Assembly (NCBI GenBank): GCA_964016885.1
Contig: OZ024741.1
Coordinates: 95,170,001-95,234,000, forward strand
Source of the DNA: Eledone cirrhosa
Taxonomy: Eukaryota
Length of the DNA: 64,000 nucleotides
Direction: 5' to 3'
Position numbers and translations under genes: made by a program. Position 1 is the stretch's first letter. Each line of letters opens with the position of its first letter. Below, piece after piece: positions 13,966 through 27,084 of the stretch. The notes beneath the pieces were generated by a model. It searched no databases and was not told the origin of the DNA. It saw nothing but the letters and a program-made list of their open reading frames with translations.

Positions 13966-14124
13966 AAAAATATATATGTATGTATATGTATATATATATA
14001 TATGTATATATGTATATATATATATAGTGCAAGATCAACAATGAAAAAGTGAAAACAAACACCGACAACAATTACAAAAAGTGCTATTAGGTTCATGCTT
14101 GTTTGAAATGGAAAAAAAAAAGTA

Positions 14125-14162
14125 TCTTCAATGTATTAGACGTTAGTCCTTCATCAGGAAAG
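14125..14162 (-). ncRNA. Degenerate minimal hammerhead-like motif (Penelope-like remnant)
   Basis: Minus strand: UUUC-CUGAUGA-A-GGAC-UAAC-GUCU-AAUA-CAUU-GAAG; the GAAA core is mutated. Confidence 0.45.
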
Positions 14163-14349
14163 AAACGAGAATGGGAGAGAGAAGAAAAGGATACGGTGTA
14201 TGTGTGTGTGTATATATATATATTAATTTAACAATGGAAACAATAACAAAGTCAAGGGAGGGCTTGATCATATTGACATATTTATAGCAGTTATATAACT
14301 ATATACTATCAGACATCTTATATAGGTTCAATCAAACCATCTTCCTGGG

Positions 14350-14352
<3 letters not shown>

Positions 14353-14402
<50 letters not shown>
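14353..14402. repeat. (CA)n microsatellite
   Basis: ~25 perfect CA units. Confidence 0.97.
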
Positions 14403-14405
<3 letters not shown>

Positions 14406-14731
14406 TCCTTTTTGTTTTGTTCTCTTTATTATATGACTCCACCTAATTGTCATAGTATCCAACAAACCAAATAAAATGTAGATTTTAGAGCCAAGTTAAA
14501 GAATGAAAATAAATAAAAGCAATAGTAATTAAATAATATATAGCAAATGATTTGGTAGATATTATTATGATGATGATATACAGTATATAGTCATTGAATT
14601 ATAATGAAGAAACTCACCAGATTTAAAAGGGATTTTGAAAAAAAAAAAAAAAAGCAACAACAGAAACCTCAGAAATCAGGTTTTCGTCAATTATTAACCA
14701 AAGCACCCCCCACATTTTTCTTTTAAATATA

Positions 14732-14808
14732 CTGGGTGTCCCTCAAAAATGTATATACACTTCAATAACATTCTAATAAAAGTGTATATACATTTTTGGG
14801 GGACACTG
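14732..14808. mobile_element. Tc1/mariner-type mini-MITE (hairpin)
   Basis: GTGTCCCTCAAAAATGTATATACACTT versus AAGTGTATATACATTTTTGGGGGACAC; TA flanks; related copy at 31200. Confidence 0.75.
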
Positions 14809-15571
14809 TATTTCATATTGTGTATAATTTACAACTATGTATTTTTACAATTGTTTATTTTCTGAACCATTTCAATTCTTTTACATTTTCCACATTTTCA
14901 TCTTGTTTTCCCTTATTTATATATTCTATTAACTATAACTCCCCCCCCCCCCCCTCATCACTATTTATCATTGGCACCAGAGTATTTTAATGGTCATTAT
15001 TACACATTGTTTTTCTTCTGTTTTTTCCTTCTATCCTATTAGCTTTTGATGATTATGGATCCATCTTTACGAAATGGCTTCTTTACCATGGTGAGCTTTC
15101 AGTCTTTATATACATGACTGTCCTGTCTTTCGAATGCTACATATAGCATATTTTTCACTAACCTGTTTGTGATTATTTTCGCCTGTTTTCTATTTGCTGT
15201 CTAGTGTCATGACAATTTTGAAGAAACACAAACATATTAGACATTTTTTTGGAAAAGAATATTTTTAATTACACTTCAGTGTAAAAGTATGTCACTAATT
15301 AAAACAAACTTTTTTTTCCTCATTAGTTTTGCTTGTTTTCATTAAGCATTAACCATAATTAATATAGTAGTCATTGATTGATATTTTTTTAATTTTTTTT
15401 TTATTGTTGTTAGACCAACAACGATCAGAGGTAATCTTCCTTTTCAGACTATCTTAAAGTTTAACTATTTTATTAGTGGCATCAATTTTTATAGGTTTTC
15501 TTATATCTACATAATAGAAGTGTTTTACTTTCCAGTATTAGAAATGTTATATATTAAAATTGTTACTTATC

Positions 15572-15790
15572 ATGTTGTGTCCTTGAGCAAGATGCTTTAT
15601 TTCACACTACTCCAGTCTACTCAGCTGTCAAAAATGAACCAGCCATGTCACACATTGTGTCATGCTGAACTTCCCTGAGAACTATGTTAAGGGTGCAAGT
15701 ATTTCTGTAATGCTTAGTCACTTACATGTTAATTTCATGAGCAGGTAGTTCCATTGATTGAATCAACTAGAGCACTCATCACTGGAAATA
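15572..15790 (+). mobile_element. SINE family B fragment (CCTTGAGCAAG core)
   Basis: GTTGTGTCCTTGAGCAAGATGCTTTATTTCAC...ACTCAGCTG shared with copies at 20838, 49615 and 51260. Confidence 0.7.
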
Positions 15791-15944
15791 ATATATAATC
15801 TAGATTAATCTTCATCTTTATCCAACACCAGGTAGGCCTATAGCCTATCAGTGCAGAAGTTTCTCCAGAATGAGGCCTTCTGTTTGTTTCGTTAGCAGGT
15901 TTATTATCCATCGCAGACTTGATAGTCCTGTCACAGCTAACTCC

Positions 15945-16137
15945 ATGCCACCATTGTCATTCAAGGGAAAGGAAAAGGCCGATTCACCTTGTCACCAGTG
16001 ACATCATGGCTCATTTATACAGCTGAGTGAACTGGAACAACGTGAAATAAAATGTCTTGCTCAAGGTCACAACACATTGCTTGGTCCAGGAATTGAACTC
16101 ACAATCTCACGATTGTGAATCCAACTCTCTAACCACA
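15945..16137 (-). mobile_element. SINE family B (tRNA-derived head)
   Basis: Reverse-strand head GTGGTTAGAG...GAGTTCAATTCC (pol III A/B-box-like) plus the CCTTGAGCAAG core. Confidence 0.75.
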
Positions 16138-17011
16138 AGATTGATATTTTAATTATTTATTAATTTCAATATATTAGTTATGGTAATATACATAGAATTT
16201 CACAGTATTCTTTTCATACATTCAGGAAAGAAAATTAAAAAAAGAGAATTAATAAAAAAGTAAAAAAAGCAGTTGATTTTAAGGTGATTTTTATTGCAAG
16301 TTGATGTAGTTATGTCAAGATCATGTTTATTTGAATGCTGGCATATATGTGTGCTGCAATTGGTTTTTCAATATCAGCATGAAGTTCTATGTTTGTGTGT
16401 TAACTTATTTCACATATTGTATAGAGGAGCATGTTACTGAGCAAGTTTAATCTATCCTTCAATTTTAGTAGATTCAGTTAACTCTCCTAGTTATAAGAAC
16501 CACTGCCATTTCATATCTGAGAAATAACTTTCATGTGTCCAAATTTTACATGCAATTCATATAGTGAAACTTTTAAGGAGTGGTTTGATTACCAACTAAT
16601 GTACTGTATGGATATATATATAAATATATATATAAATGTATGTGGTCTATGTCATTAAATCATCCATGAGCCATAACAACAAAACACACACTCACACACA
16701 CATGCAGCTACAAAAGGATATTCCATGTTGAACAGGAAGCCTAATGGGTGTATTATTTAACTATGATATAATCATATGAAACAATTTATAGTCATTTTGC
16801 ATTTTAGTTATTGACTGTATTGGCTTCTCTTGTCTCTTACATACATTAAACTCAGGTCTTACAAAGGCACAAACCTCTTAACATTTTTCATATAGTGATC
16901 TTTAAAAAAATCTGGATTCTTTAGAACAAGCCTCTTTTATTTCTAAATCATCTTTGTGATTTTTTTCTGCACAAGTTATATATCTAACTGTATTATATTA
17001 TTGCTTCATAC

Positions 17012-17198
17012 AGGGCGGTGGATTGGCAGTATCGGTAGAGGGTCGGATGCCATGCTTTCCAGCATAGTTACGTCCCTTTACGATCTGAGTTCAAATCCCG
17101 CCAAGGTTGACTTTGCCTTTCATCCTTACGGGGTCGATAAAATAAAAGTACCAGTAATGCACTGGGTAATTGCTGGCCTTGTGCCTAAGGTAGAAACA
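17012..17198 (+). mobile_element. SINE family A (tRNA-like head, Meta-domain-like core), full length
   Basis: B-box GAGTTCAAATCCC; core GACTTTGCCTTTCATCCTTACGGGGTCGATAAAATAAAAGTACCAG; 15-bp TSD ATTATTGYTTCATAC. Confidence 0.9.
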
Positions 17199-18850
17199 AT
17201 TATTGTTTCATACTGAAAAGGAAAATTAAAAAAGTCCATCTAAAAATTCATTGTACCCAATCAATATAGACTTTTGATTTTCATATATCTACAAAACTAC
17301 AAATTGAGATACAACTTACACAAATTTATATTTCACTGTGTACACATTTTTTCTTAGCATCTATTAATGCTTTAGCATTTAGGTTCAAATATTCCTCATA
17401 CACAAAGAAGTAAAATCCAGGAGTGGGTAAATATCTATAGTAATGCATAAAAGGGGACAAAATAAAATATGTTAGTTGCTTAGTAAGAGGTTTGCTTCAT
17501 AATCATTAAGTCCCAAGTTTGATCCCACCATGTGGCATCTTTGTACCATAGCCATGTGCTGACCCATGCTTTGTGAGTGAAGTTGGGTAGATAGCAACTG
17601 TTTCAAAATCCATTAGATAGACTGTACCTGTAATTCAGAGGGCCAGTCTTGTCACACACTATGTCATGCTGAATCTTTCTTGTAATTATATTGTGTATAC
17701 AAACATCTGTGGAATGGCTGGATGCCCTTTCTAATACTAACCACATTAGAGTGAGTGTACTTGGGTGCATTTTGTTGTGATGTATATGTGATGGGTTGTT
17801 TATGTACAACCTTTACTAATTTTACTAATTTCAATATAGGGAATCAAACCTTGATGCCTTGTACCTACATGATTATCTTAATTTTGTATTTTGAACCAAT
17901 TCTATGGACAGACCTGGAGAGAGGTGGATTCCTCAAGAGTGGCACCACACAATGCCTCCATCAGGTGTCAAGAGCCCATGGAAAGATGGGATGATTTACT
18001 GAATATAGCGTAGCAGCATTTAATCATGTGATGTAGTTCAAAGCTACAATGAAGCATATCTTACCAATTTTTCATAATTCTTTGACAGCACTATAAATTA
18101 TATATCATATTCCATTTATTTTTCTGTCTATTAACACTGTTGTCCTATGTTTGTTTGATGTTGTTTTTGATGATAGCAGTTTGTTTCACATTGTAGATGA
18201 TATTTGTGACCATAGTATATGCATGTATTAATTTTAATGTCTAATCTATTATTATATAGTTATATTTTAGTTATTAAAAAACAAAAACCACCAACAACTA
18301 ATGCATGATAACTAATGTAGAAGATATTTTAAAGGAATTATTTTCACTCTAGTTTTAAAAACAATTTTTTTAAACATGATAAAACTATATTTTCTTTTCT
18401 AGCAATGAGAAAATATATCTTTTAATCTTTGTAGTGGCTGTAAAATTTTGTAAATTTCTTTTTCTCCTTATTTCTTGTCCACCCTCATCTCTTACACACT
18501 CTCTCTCTCACTGTTTTCTCCCTCTCTCTCTCTCACCCCCTTTCTCCCTCTCACACTCATATATATAGGGAAAAAGAAGTTGAGAATGCAATCATGAAAC
18601 TTGTGAAACTGGTACAGTTATATATTGTAAATAAAACTTTTTAAAGACTCCAATTGCATTTTCAACTTCTTTTTCCTATATTTTTCTACATGTGTGGAAT
18701 ATATTAAGAACCTTATTTTCAAATATATATACAAGTAAAATTATGTTATAATGAATACCATTATAACGAATCAGTATAATGAAACTGTTTTCAATCCCCA
18801 AGGTAATAAATAACAAACAAACACTCAATTTGTTTCTGTCGATATATATA

Positions 18851-18971
<121 letters not shown>

Positions 18972-19699
18972 ACTTATCTTTGCATGACCCTTGGTTTCAT
19001 AGATGTAAAGAATTAGGTGTAACAGTTGTTTTGATTGCTCTTTTAATTCACTTGTATAACCTGTGTTTGTGTATGTACACACACATGCATATATGTATAT
19101 ATATATATATATATATTAGTGTGTGTTTGTATGTTTGTTATGAATATAAATTAATTTAGTTTTGTTTGTAAGTTAATGCAAAAGTAGACTCTGGCTAGTT
19201 TACTTTCCTGTTCAAAGAACTGTTGTTAGGTGGTGACTTCAAACTAACTCAGTAAAAAAATATCTGTTGACATTGGATGGTTTATGATGACCTGAGATAG
19301 GTTCCAAGACTTAATCTTTATATCTTTTTTCATGACTAATCACATAATAGCTTGGACATTTTTATTTTTTTTTTTTTTTTTATTGCTTGGCACATAGAAA
19401 TGGGAAGTATTTATTTATATTGATTGTATTTATCTATTTCCATTGAAAGCATCTCTTTAAGTGTTTAACAATCCTTAATTTTTACTGAAATTTTGTGCTA
19501 CAAAAAACAGTTAGCTTATTGATTCAACATGCTTATTGATTATGACACATACTAAAAATTTGGACTTGATAATGACGTGGCCATGGTTTTGATTTAGAGA
19601 TAGTTTTGAGCATTTATCCTAAAGATTAATTTGGGTGGTGTTTTATGAGTTATATATCTTCTGTCCAAATCATTAAGATATCCTCACACAACATTATAT

Positions 19700-20040
19700 A
19701 TCATCATCATCATCATTGTTTAACGTGCACTTTTCATGTTAGCATGGGTTACACAGGTTGTTCCATTAGAGGCAAGTTGGATCAGGTGACCATGTTTTGT
19801 CTTGCTCATATAGAACTGTTTCTGACTAGGTTTCTATGCTAACCACATTTACAGTGTGTGGTGGGTGCTTTTTGTCATAACACCTACACAACAACTTTAC
19901 AGTGTGGCCTGAGTGCTTTTTGTCGTGACTCCTAAACGACCACTTTACAGTGTAGATGGGTGCTTTTGTTGTGACATCTATACGACCACTTTAAAGTGTT
20001 GGCTGGATGCTTTTTTGTTGATACCAACATAACTTTATAG
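19700..20040 (-). mobile_element. SINE-like family C ((GAT)n tail, internal ~45-50 bp tandem units)
   Basis: (CAT)n-CATTGTTTAACGTGCAC...AGCATGGGTT tail; repeated ACTTTACAGTGT..GGTGCTTTT units. Confidence 0.75.
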
Positions 20041-20255
20041 TGTAAGAGTCATGTGGGTGTTGGGGCATGGGAGGTGTATGGCAGGGGATATAGTGGTTAA
20101 GAGGTGCATACGTGATGTATGTTTGAGTCTATATATATATATATATATAAATATTATTATTAAAAGTGGTTTTCCAAAGAGGAATTGGAGGAAACGACAG
20201 TTAAATAAGGTACTCAATACAGTAGTAGAGACGGTACATATTTATTTCATATAGA

Positions 20256-20338
20256 AATGCCTTCCATGGGACTAGAACTGTTACATTCGTTTGAAATCAT
20301 CAAGAGAATGAAATAGTTCTAGTCTTGTAGATGTCATT
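20256..20338 (+). other. 83-nt hairpin, pre-miRNA-like candidate
   Basis: 39-position stem with a 5-nt loop (AATCA); 29 Watson-Crick pairs, 5 G-U pairs and 5 mismatches on the + strand. Confidence 0.4.
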
Positions 20339-20518
20339 ATATATGTATATATATCATCATCATCATCATTTCATTTTACGTCTGCTTTTTCCCTGCTTGC
20401 AAGGGTGGGACGGGAACTGATGCTGGCTTGATTTCTACAGCTGGATGCCCTTCCTAACACCAACCTCATTTACAGAGAGTGCTGGGTGCTTTTTTGCCGT
20501 GGCACCTCCACGACTACT

Positions 20519-20986
<468 letters not shown>

Positions 20987-21513
20987 TATATATATATATA
21001 AGACTTGAAATTACTTCTTTTAAAATAATGAAAAGGAAGGGGAAAATTATACACTGGTTTGTATTATATATTGATGTTCTTTCAGTATTGTGAACAAATA
21101 TTTTCATGGAAGTCTGATATATATTTAGTGTTTAATCAGATGTACTCAGAAATTTATAGAATTGTATATACGTATATCATCATCATCATTTGTGTGTGTG
21201 TGTGTGTGTATTAAGTGTCTTTGTGGATAGAAGTGTGATTGTTTTCTTCCAGTTATTTAAATTTCAAGTGCAAAAGAAGTAGAATAATGGTGTGAAATTG
21301 TGTTGATAATTTTATGTTGCCACTCTTTCACATCTGCATATTTTACTGAAGAAAATGTTGTCCAGCAAATATAACCTAGGGAAAACAGATTTTAAAGCAG
21401 GAAGGAAAACAAAAAACAACTGTTATGATTTACATGTTTCCACTTGCTTTGGAAAATTATCAATGCAACTGCTTCATTCAGAAATCCTTGACATTTTTTT
21501 ACTGTCCAGAATT

Positions 21514-21544
<31 letters not shown>

Positions 21545-21864
21545 GTAAGAAATAATGTTGTTCCTTGCATACCTACCTGGTCAGTCTTGTCTTTCAAGCC
21601 ACGATTAGTAATTCTATAGGAGAAGTGTTAACATTCTTAACTATCATCTGCTCTCTCCCTTAACTTGATAAATATGCCATCTGTTATTAAATTCTATTAA
21701 GCTTTCTAGACAGCTAAACTTTTTTGGAGGGAGGGTGGATTTCTTCCAGACTTGTAAATTCAATATAACACTTTTCAACTTTATCTGATTTTATGTGAGC
21801 TAGCCATGATACCAGCAAGTTAGTCTATGTGCAGAAAAAAAGAAAAGAAAAAGATTGGTTAGAC

Positions 21865-21970
21865 CAGTGGTCGCAAATCAGTGGTCTGCAGAAAAATTTG
21901 TACTAGTGGTGTGTGGGATTTAAAATTATGAATTTATGGTCTGTCAGGTCCAAAAGGTTGGTGACCACTG
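21865..21970. mobile_element. hAT (Charlie-like) MITE
   Basis: CAGTGGT...ACCACTG termini; 8-bp flanks GGTTAGAC/AGCTAGAC. Confidence 0.75.
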
Positions 21971-22226
21971 AGCTAGACAGTCCATTCTCAAATTTACAAG
22001 GTGAGGAACATGCATTTTTGTTGTATGATTAAAATTATTTCCAGGAAAAATTTGAATTATCTAATTCCTTCATTCTTCATTCCAATGACTTTCGACCGAA
22101 GATACAAACTCTTCATTCAAAGAGTTACTCTTTCTTCAATGTCACCTATTCTAAATGCTTCCTTCATAGAAATGCCTTCCATAATGCACAAATATTCACA
22201 CATTTATGGCTGTTCCTTATGCTTAA

Positions 22227-22424
22227 TCCTTTTGGTATCAAACTGCCTGAAACATGTCTTGGTTCTATGATTATTATGACTGTAATTTTATGTAAGAACC
22301 TTTAAGTTATGCTCCAAATACTAGCTTAATAATGAGAAAGTTATATTACCAAATCTTACCTATTTTGAAAAGGATTTGAAAATTATAGGTATTATCTTTC
22401 ATTAGAAATACTGTAATGATAGGG
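22227..22424 (+). mobile_element. piggyBac-type MITE, family P1
   Basis: TTAA|TCCTTTTGGTATCAAACTGCCTGAAA...AGGG|TTAA. Confidence 0.7.
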
Positions 22425-23427
22425 TTAATACCAAGAAATACTGAATACTGAAATTTCCAATAGAATTGTTATTCTAATATTTTTGTCCTGCAGTAGCTTG
22501 GAGTTGGTGGGAGATGAGATTGAAATTTGTTGAATCTTCCTCCATTCGGAGAATAAATGATCCGCTTGTTTAAATATACTGTTATGTTTTATGGTAGTAG
22601 CATAATAAATCTTTCAAAGTATAGGTGAAGGAGAAGAATAATTGAGACTTTTGTGAATTTCATTAGAACCTCTAGTCTTAATCACTCACTTTACAATACA
22701 ACTAACCAGCATGTATTATCATCATCATTTCTTTTTGATATTCACATAAGAATCTTGAGCAATTTTGACACTAATTAAACTGATTAAATTAAAAACAAAA
22801 CATAATAACAAACAATTTGAAAATTCTGGTTTTAGTTTTGATTCCAATCAATTGGAGGAACTCAGCCTTCTAACTTTCTCTTGTTTTGACCTTAATTCTA
22901 TTCTATAAAGTGTTTTGCAGGAACCTGTGATTCGTCAGACTTAGTTCTTGCCTGGTGCAGGGACAAAGTGACTATAGACTTCCCAGTTCAATTATCCAGG
23001 TGATATTGATATTTCCAGAGCATATATATTAAAAGGAAGGGCTTGATTTACTATAAAAGATCGGTCGTTTAGCTTTTAAAGTAATTCAATAATAGAAAAA
23101 AGAATGGAAAGATAATAAAAATGTTGCTTTACACAATTAATATTCTTCATATCATTTGTATTTCCTATCCAGTTCCCCCTTTTTCTTTTTTAGCATGCTC
23201 CATATTGTTTACGCATTTTTCCACAACAAATATACTTGAATTATGTGTTATATGGTTAGATTATTTTATAAACTGTACCTATGTTTCAGAAAAATAAGGC
23301 GTCTGTGTGTCTGTGTGTGTGTGTGTGTGTGAAAAGTGATATAAGGCTAAACAATGCAAAATGGTTGGTAAGATGAAGGTAACAAAAAAGTTAGTTACCT
23401 GGTAATCTTTGTTTCTTTTTGTTCTTT

Positions 23428-23467
23428 CGTCCTAATATTTCAGACTTAAAATTCCCTTCTTCAGAGT
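23428..23467 (-). ncRNA. Degenerate minimal hammerhead-like motif
   Basis: Minus strand: CU-CUGAAGA-AGGG...GUCU-GAAA-UAUU-AGGAC. Confidence 0.4.
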
Positions 23468-23486
23468 ATAAGGAACTCTCAGAGAA

Positions 23487-23550
23487 AAATATTCCAGTTT
23501 CTTCTCTTTAGACTTAAATTTAATTCCAAAGAGTAGAAACTGGAACATTT
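23487..23550. other. 64-bp inverted repeat/hairpin
   Basis: AAATATTCCAGTTTCTTCTCTTTAGA versus TCCAAAGAGTAGAAACTGGAACATTT (26 bp, 3 mismatches). Confidence 0.7.
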
Positions 23551-23589
23551 GGAGGGATTTAATAAAATATCTCACATTTTTACATTATT

Positions 23590-23898
23590 AAACTGTCGTT
23601 TTCAAACTCAACTGAGGCACGTTCATACCTTGTAGCCTCTGATAAAGCTAGGCGTGAAAGTCGGATTGCTTTCCGAACATGCCCTGGTCTTCCACCTGAT
23701 GTCCGCCAAAAGTTGCGTGCTGCAGCTTTCTTAAACCGCAGCTCGGCAGAACATGAAAGCTTCAGCCTACGAGATGATGGGCAGATATGGAAGTTTGTTA
23801 AGGCTGGCGAATCATGGAAAAGAGACACCAGCTGGTCTGAAAACACTGTACCCACAACAACTGACAATAAAGAAACTGAAAAAACTCTGGGAAACTAA
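23590..23898 (+). pseudogene. LINE ORF1 C-terminal remnant
   Basis: Open frame from the insertion point (KLSFSNSTEARSYLVASDKARRESRIAFRTCPGLPPDVRQKLRAAAF...GN*), ending just before ORF2. Confidence 0.55.
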
Positions 23899-23954
23899 AT
23901 CAGAACAGCCTGCCATCCCCTGCACATAATCATAGACTGGAATCAAGGTACAAA

Positions 23955-26715
23955 TTGTTGTCCTTGAATGCACGTAGTCTATGCAATAAGATTTATCTTT
24001 TTGACTCCTACGTCAAAAGTATCAACCCGGACTTCATTACAGTCACGGAAACTTGGGCACATCCCTTACTCTGTGATGGGGTTTTCAGCATGACTGGCTA
24101 CAACCTGTTTCGTAAAGACCGCATTAATCGTCGTGGTGGTGGTGTAATGGTCTACGTTCGGTCAAATCTGTCGGCAATTCCTTGTGCTGATTTGAACCAA
24201 TCACAGCAGGAAGTTTTTTTCTGCGATATACGTATGACCATGTCAACACTGCTACTTGGAGTCGTTTACCGTCCCCCAAATTACCATCAGGACACTCAAC
24301 TTTGTCATATCCTCAGAGCTGCTGCCAGGAAGACAGCCACTTATGTTTTCATTGCAGGTGACTTCAATCACCCTGAGATTGACTGGGAGACCTTTCATTG
24401 GCCGCCAAGTGCAAATGACTTCCTTGAGCTGGTGCTGGACTCGAGTTGGTCCCAGGTGGTCACCTCCCCAACGAGAGGTGACAACACTTTGGACCTACTC
24501 TTCACCACTACTCCTGAAACGGTCATTAGTGTTACTGCTGAGGAACCTTTAGGTGACTCTGATCATGCTATGATCATTGCCAATCTATCCCTCATGGGCA
24601 GTACAAGAACCACAACCATCTCCAAACTGCTCACTTTCACTGGAATAAAGCAGACTGGAACTGTTACTGCACCGAGTTGCAACGGCCAAACTGGCTTGAG
24701 TTCTACGACTCTGGAGATGTCAACACTGTACTCCAGAACATCCTGAGCTCAATATGGACAGCATGTGCAGCATCGGTGCCACGTAAGCGGAAAAAACATC
24801 CCAAAAGCGCAATTTGGGAGACTGCAGCAGTCCGTCTTGCCAGAAAAGAACGGCGCAATGCTGAACGTGAGTACAAACTTCACAAATCAGACATAAATAG
24901 GAAGAGGCGAAATAGATCGTCCAACCATCTCAAACAGGTGACAAAAAAGGCAGTGCTTCAATTTGAGCAGCACATAGCAACCAGCCCTGACAGTAAGGTG
25001 TTCTGGAAGTATGTTCACTCAAAGCAGAGGCCTCACTCTCCAGTTGGTCCTCTTTGCAATCCCCACACAAGCCAGGTTACTGACGACCCCAAGAAATGCG
25101 CAGAGCTCATTGCTGAATGCTATGCAGGCATTTTCACTATTGAAGACCAGAGTGTACCATCTCCACCACCTATGACACTGGACTCTATTACAACCATGGA
25201 ATTTACACCTGCAATGCTGCGACGTCACCTAAAAATAAACGCAACCATGCCTCTCCTGGTCTTGATGGTGTTCCGTACCTGCTTCTTAAACGTGGTGGGT
25301 ACTTCCTTCTACACCAGTTATCACGCTTCTTCCAATTCTGTCTGAACAACAGTGCTACTCCAGAACAGTGGAAAACTGCCAGTGTCATTCCTCTGTTCAA
25401 AAAGGGTGACCACACATCACCTGTGAACTAGCGTCCAGTCAGTCTTACTAGTTGCATCGCCAAACTGATGGAATCCTGTGTCAGAGAAACACTTTGGAAC
25501 TTCTGGAGCTCTCACAGTCTTATTCGGCCCTCGCAATTTGGATTTATCCCCAACTCCAGCTGCTGTGATCAACTTATAGAGTTTCTTGAGGACATCACCC
25601 GGATCACTGATGGCGGCTCATGGGTGGATGTTGTTTACCTTGACTTTGCGAAGGCCTTCAATTCTGTGCCACACAAAAGGCTTATGGCAAAACTCTCTGC
25701 AATGGGTGTGAAGGATGATCTTTTTAACTGGTTGAAGTCCTTCATTCTCAGTCGAAGAGAGGTAGTCACGGTTCTGGGACAGCATTCCTCACCATATGAG
25801 ATGTCATCTGGTGTACCACAGGGATCTGTTCTTGGCCCCCTTTTGTTTGTGGCATATATTAATGACATAGATGCCAACTTAAGGAATGCCACAGTACTAA
25901 AGTACGCAGACGACATCAAGCTGTACCTTGAGATAAAAAGGACAGATCCTGAACACTATAGATCTTGCTTGCAGTCTGACCTGGACACAATGCAACAATG
26001 GATCTCAGACTGGCAACTCAAGCTAGCTGTGGACAAGTGCACCACCATGCATTTTGGGAGTAAAAACCCAGCGTCCACATACTCCCTCCACAGCACTAAT
26101 ATCAAGAAGTCTTCCTGTGAACGTGACTTGGGCATTACGGTCAGCAGCGATTTGCGTTGGACGAAGCACGTCTCTAAAATTGTCAAGAGGGCCGAGGGTG
26201 TCTTAGCATCACTCAGCAAGACCTTTGTCAGCTTCTCTCCAGATATCTATTTAAGGCTGTATACAGCTATGGTGCGACCACACTTAGAATTTGCATCACC
26301 AGTCTGGAACCCCTATCTTGCTCAGGACATTGACCGCCTGGAAACTGTTCAGAGACGTGCAACCAAGCAAATACCTTCCATCAGGCATCTACCATACTCT
26401 GAGCGCCTTGCTTCCCTGGGCATGGATTCATTGAAGCTCCGACGCCTGGCAACTGACTTGGTAAACACCCACAAAATTGTTAACCATGTTGCCAACAACA
26501 ACCCTGAGTACCTTTTTGATTTCCATGTGTCTAACACACGTGGACATGCCCACAAAGTAAGAAAACAGCACAGTTCCCATAACTTTCGGAAACATTTTTT
26601 CACGCTCAGAGTTGCTGAAGCATGGAACAAACTACCTGCATCAGTTGTTAGCTGTCGAGACACTGCATCCTTTAAGGCCTCCATGGTTCCCGAGATCCGC
26701 CAACACTACAGCTAA
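23955..26715 (+). pseudogene. LINE ORF2: APE endonuclease + reverse transcriptase, disrupted by two frameshifts (~24620, ~25235) and one stop (25429)
   Basis: APE motifs SLNARSL, VTETW, GGGV, YRPP, GDFN, LDL, SDH; WNKADW; SPGLDG; N*RPVSLTS; RT motifs QFGF, LDFAKAF, GVPQGSVLGPLLF, YADD; C-terminal VRPHLEF and WNKLP. Confidence 0.95.
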
Positions 26716-27084
26716 CGCATACACACATGTACTTCCCTGACATTTGTGTATTATTCTATGTACTATATTGACGAGTTGTAGTGCACCTGAGCACTTTACA
26801 CAATAATTTCATTATCATTATCATTATCATTAAGTCGTTGTTTAGAGCAACGTAAAACATTTTGTTTTTATAAAAGAATTATGATGGAAGGCTTTAATAT
26901 AATTATGAACACTTTAAAACAGAACTAGTGGCAATTGGTATTATGAATTCTTTAATATTCATATTACCAATGTCCACCTATACCAGCATGAAAAACCAGA
27001 TGCAACTCATTCTCTTAAGGTCACTCCCATGACCTGACAATTCCTCTCCCACGATGATATCGATATTGACTTCTGTCAATGTCT

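Larger units (their letters stand above)
23587..26830 (+). mobile_element. 5'-truncated CR1/L2-group non-LTR retrotransposon (LINE)
   Basis: ORF1 C-terminal remnant, ORF2 with APE and RT domains, short 3' UTR with an AGTGC-ACCTGA-GCACT stem-loop, (CATTAT)n tail; GC content clearly above the flanks. Confidence 0.93.

Noticed and set aside
16956-17216. Similar peptides (GRWIGSIGRGSDAML...) at 16956 and 59212 suggesting a gene family
   Set aside because: Both are chance frames through SINE family A copies.
25019-26684. Antisense and alternate-frame ORFs over the LINE
   Set aside because: They are shadow frames of ORF2 with no independent motifs.
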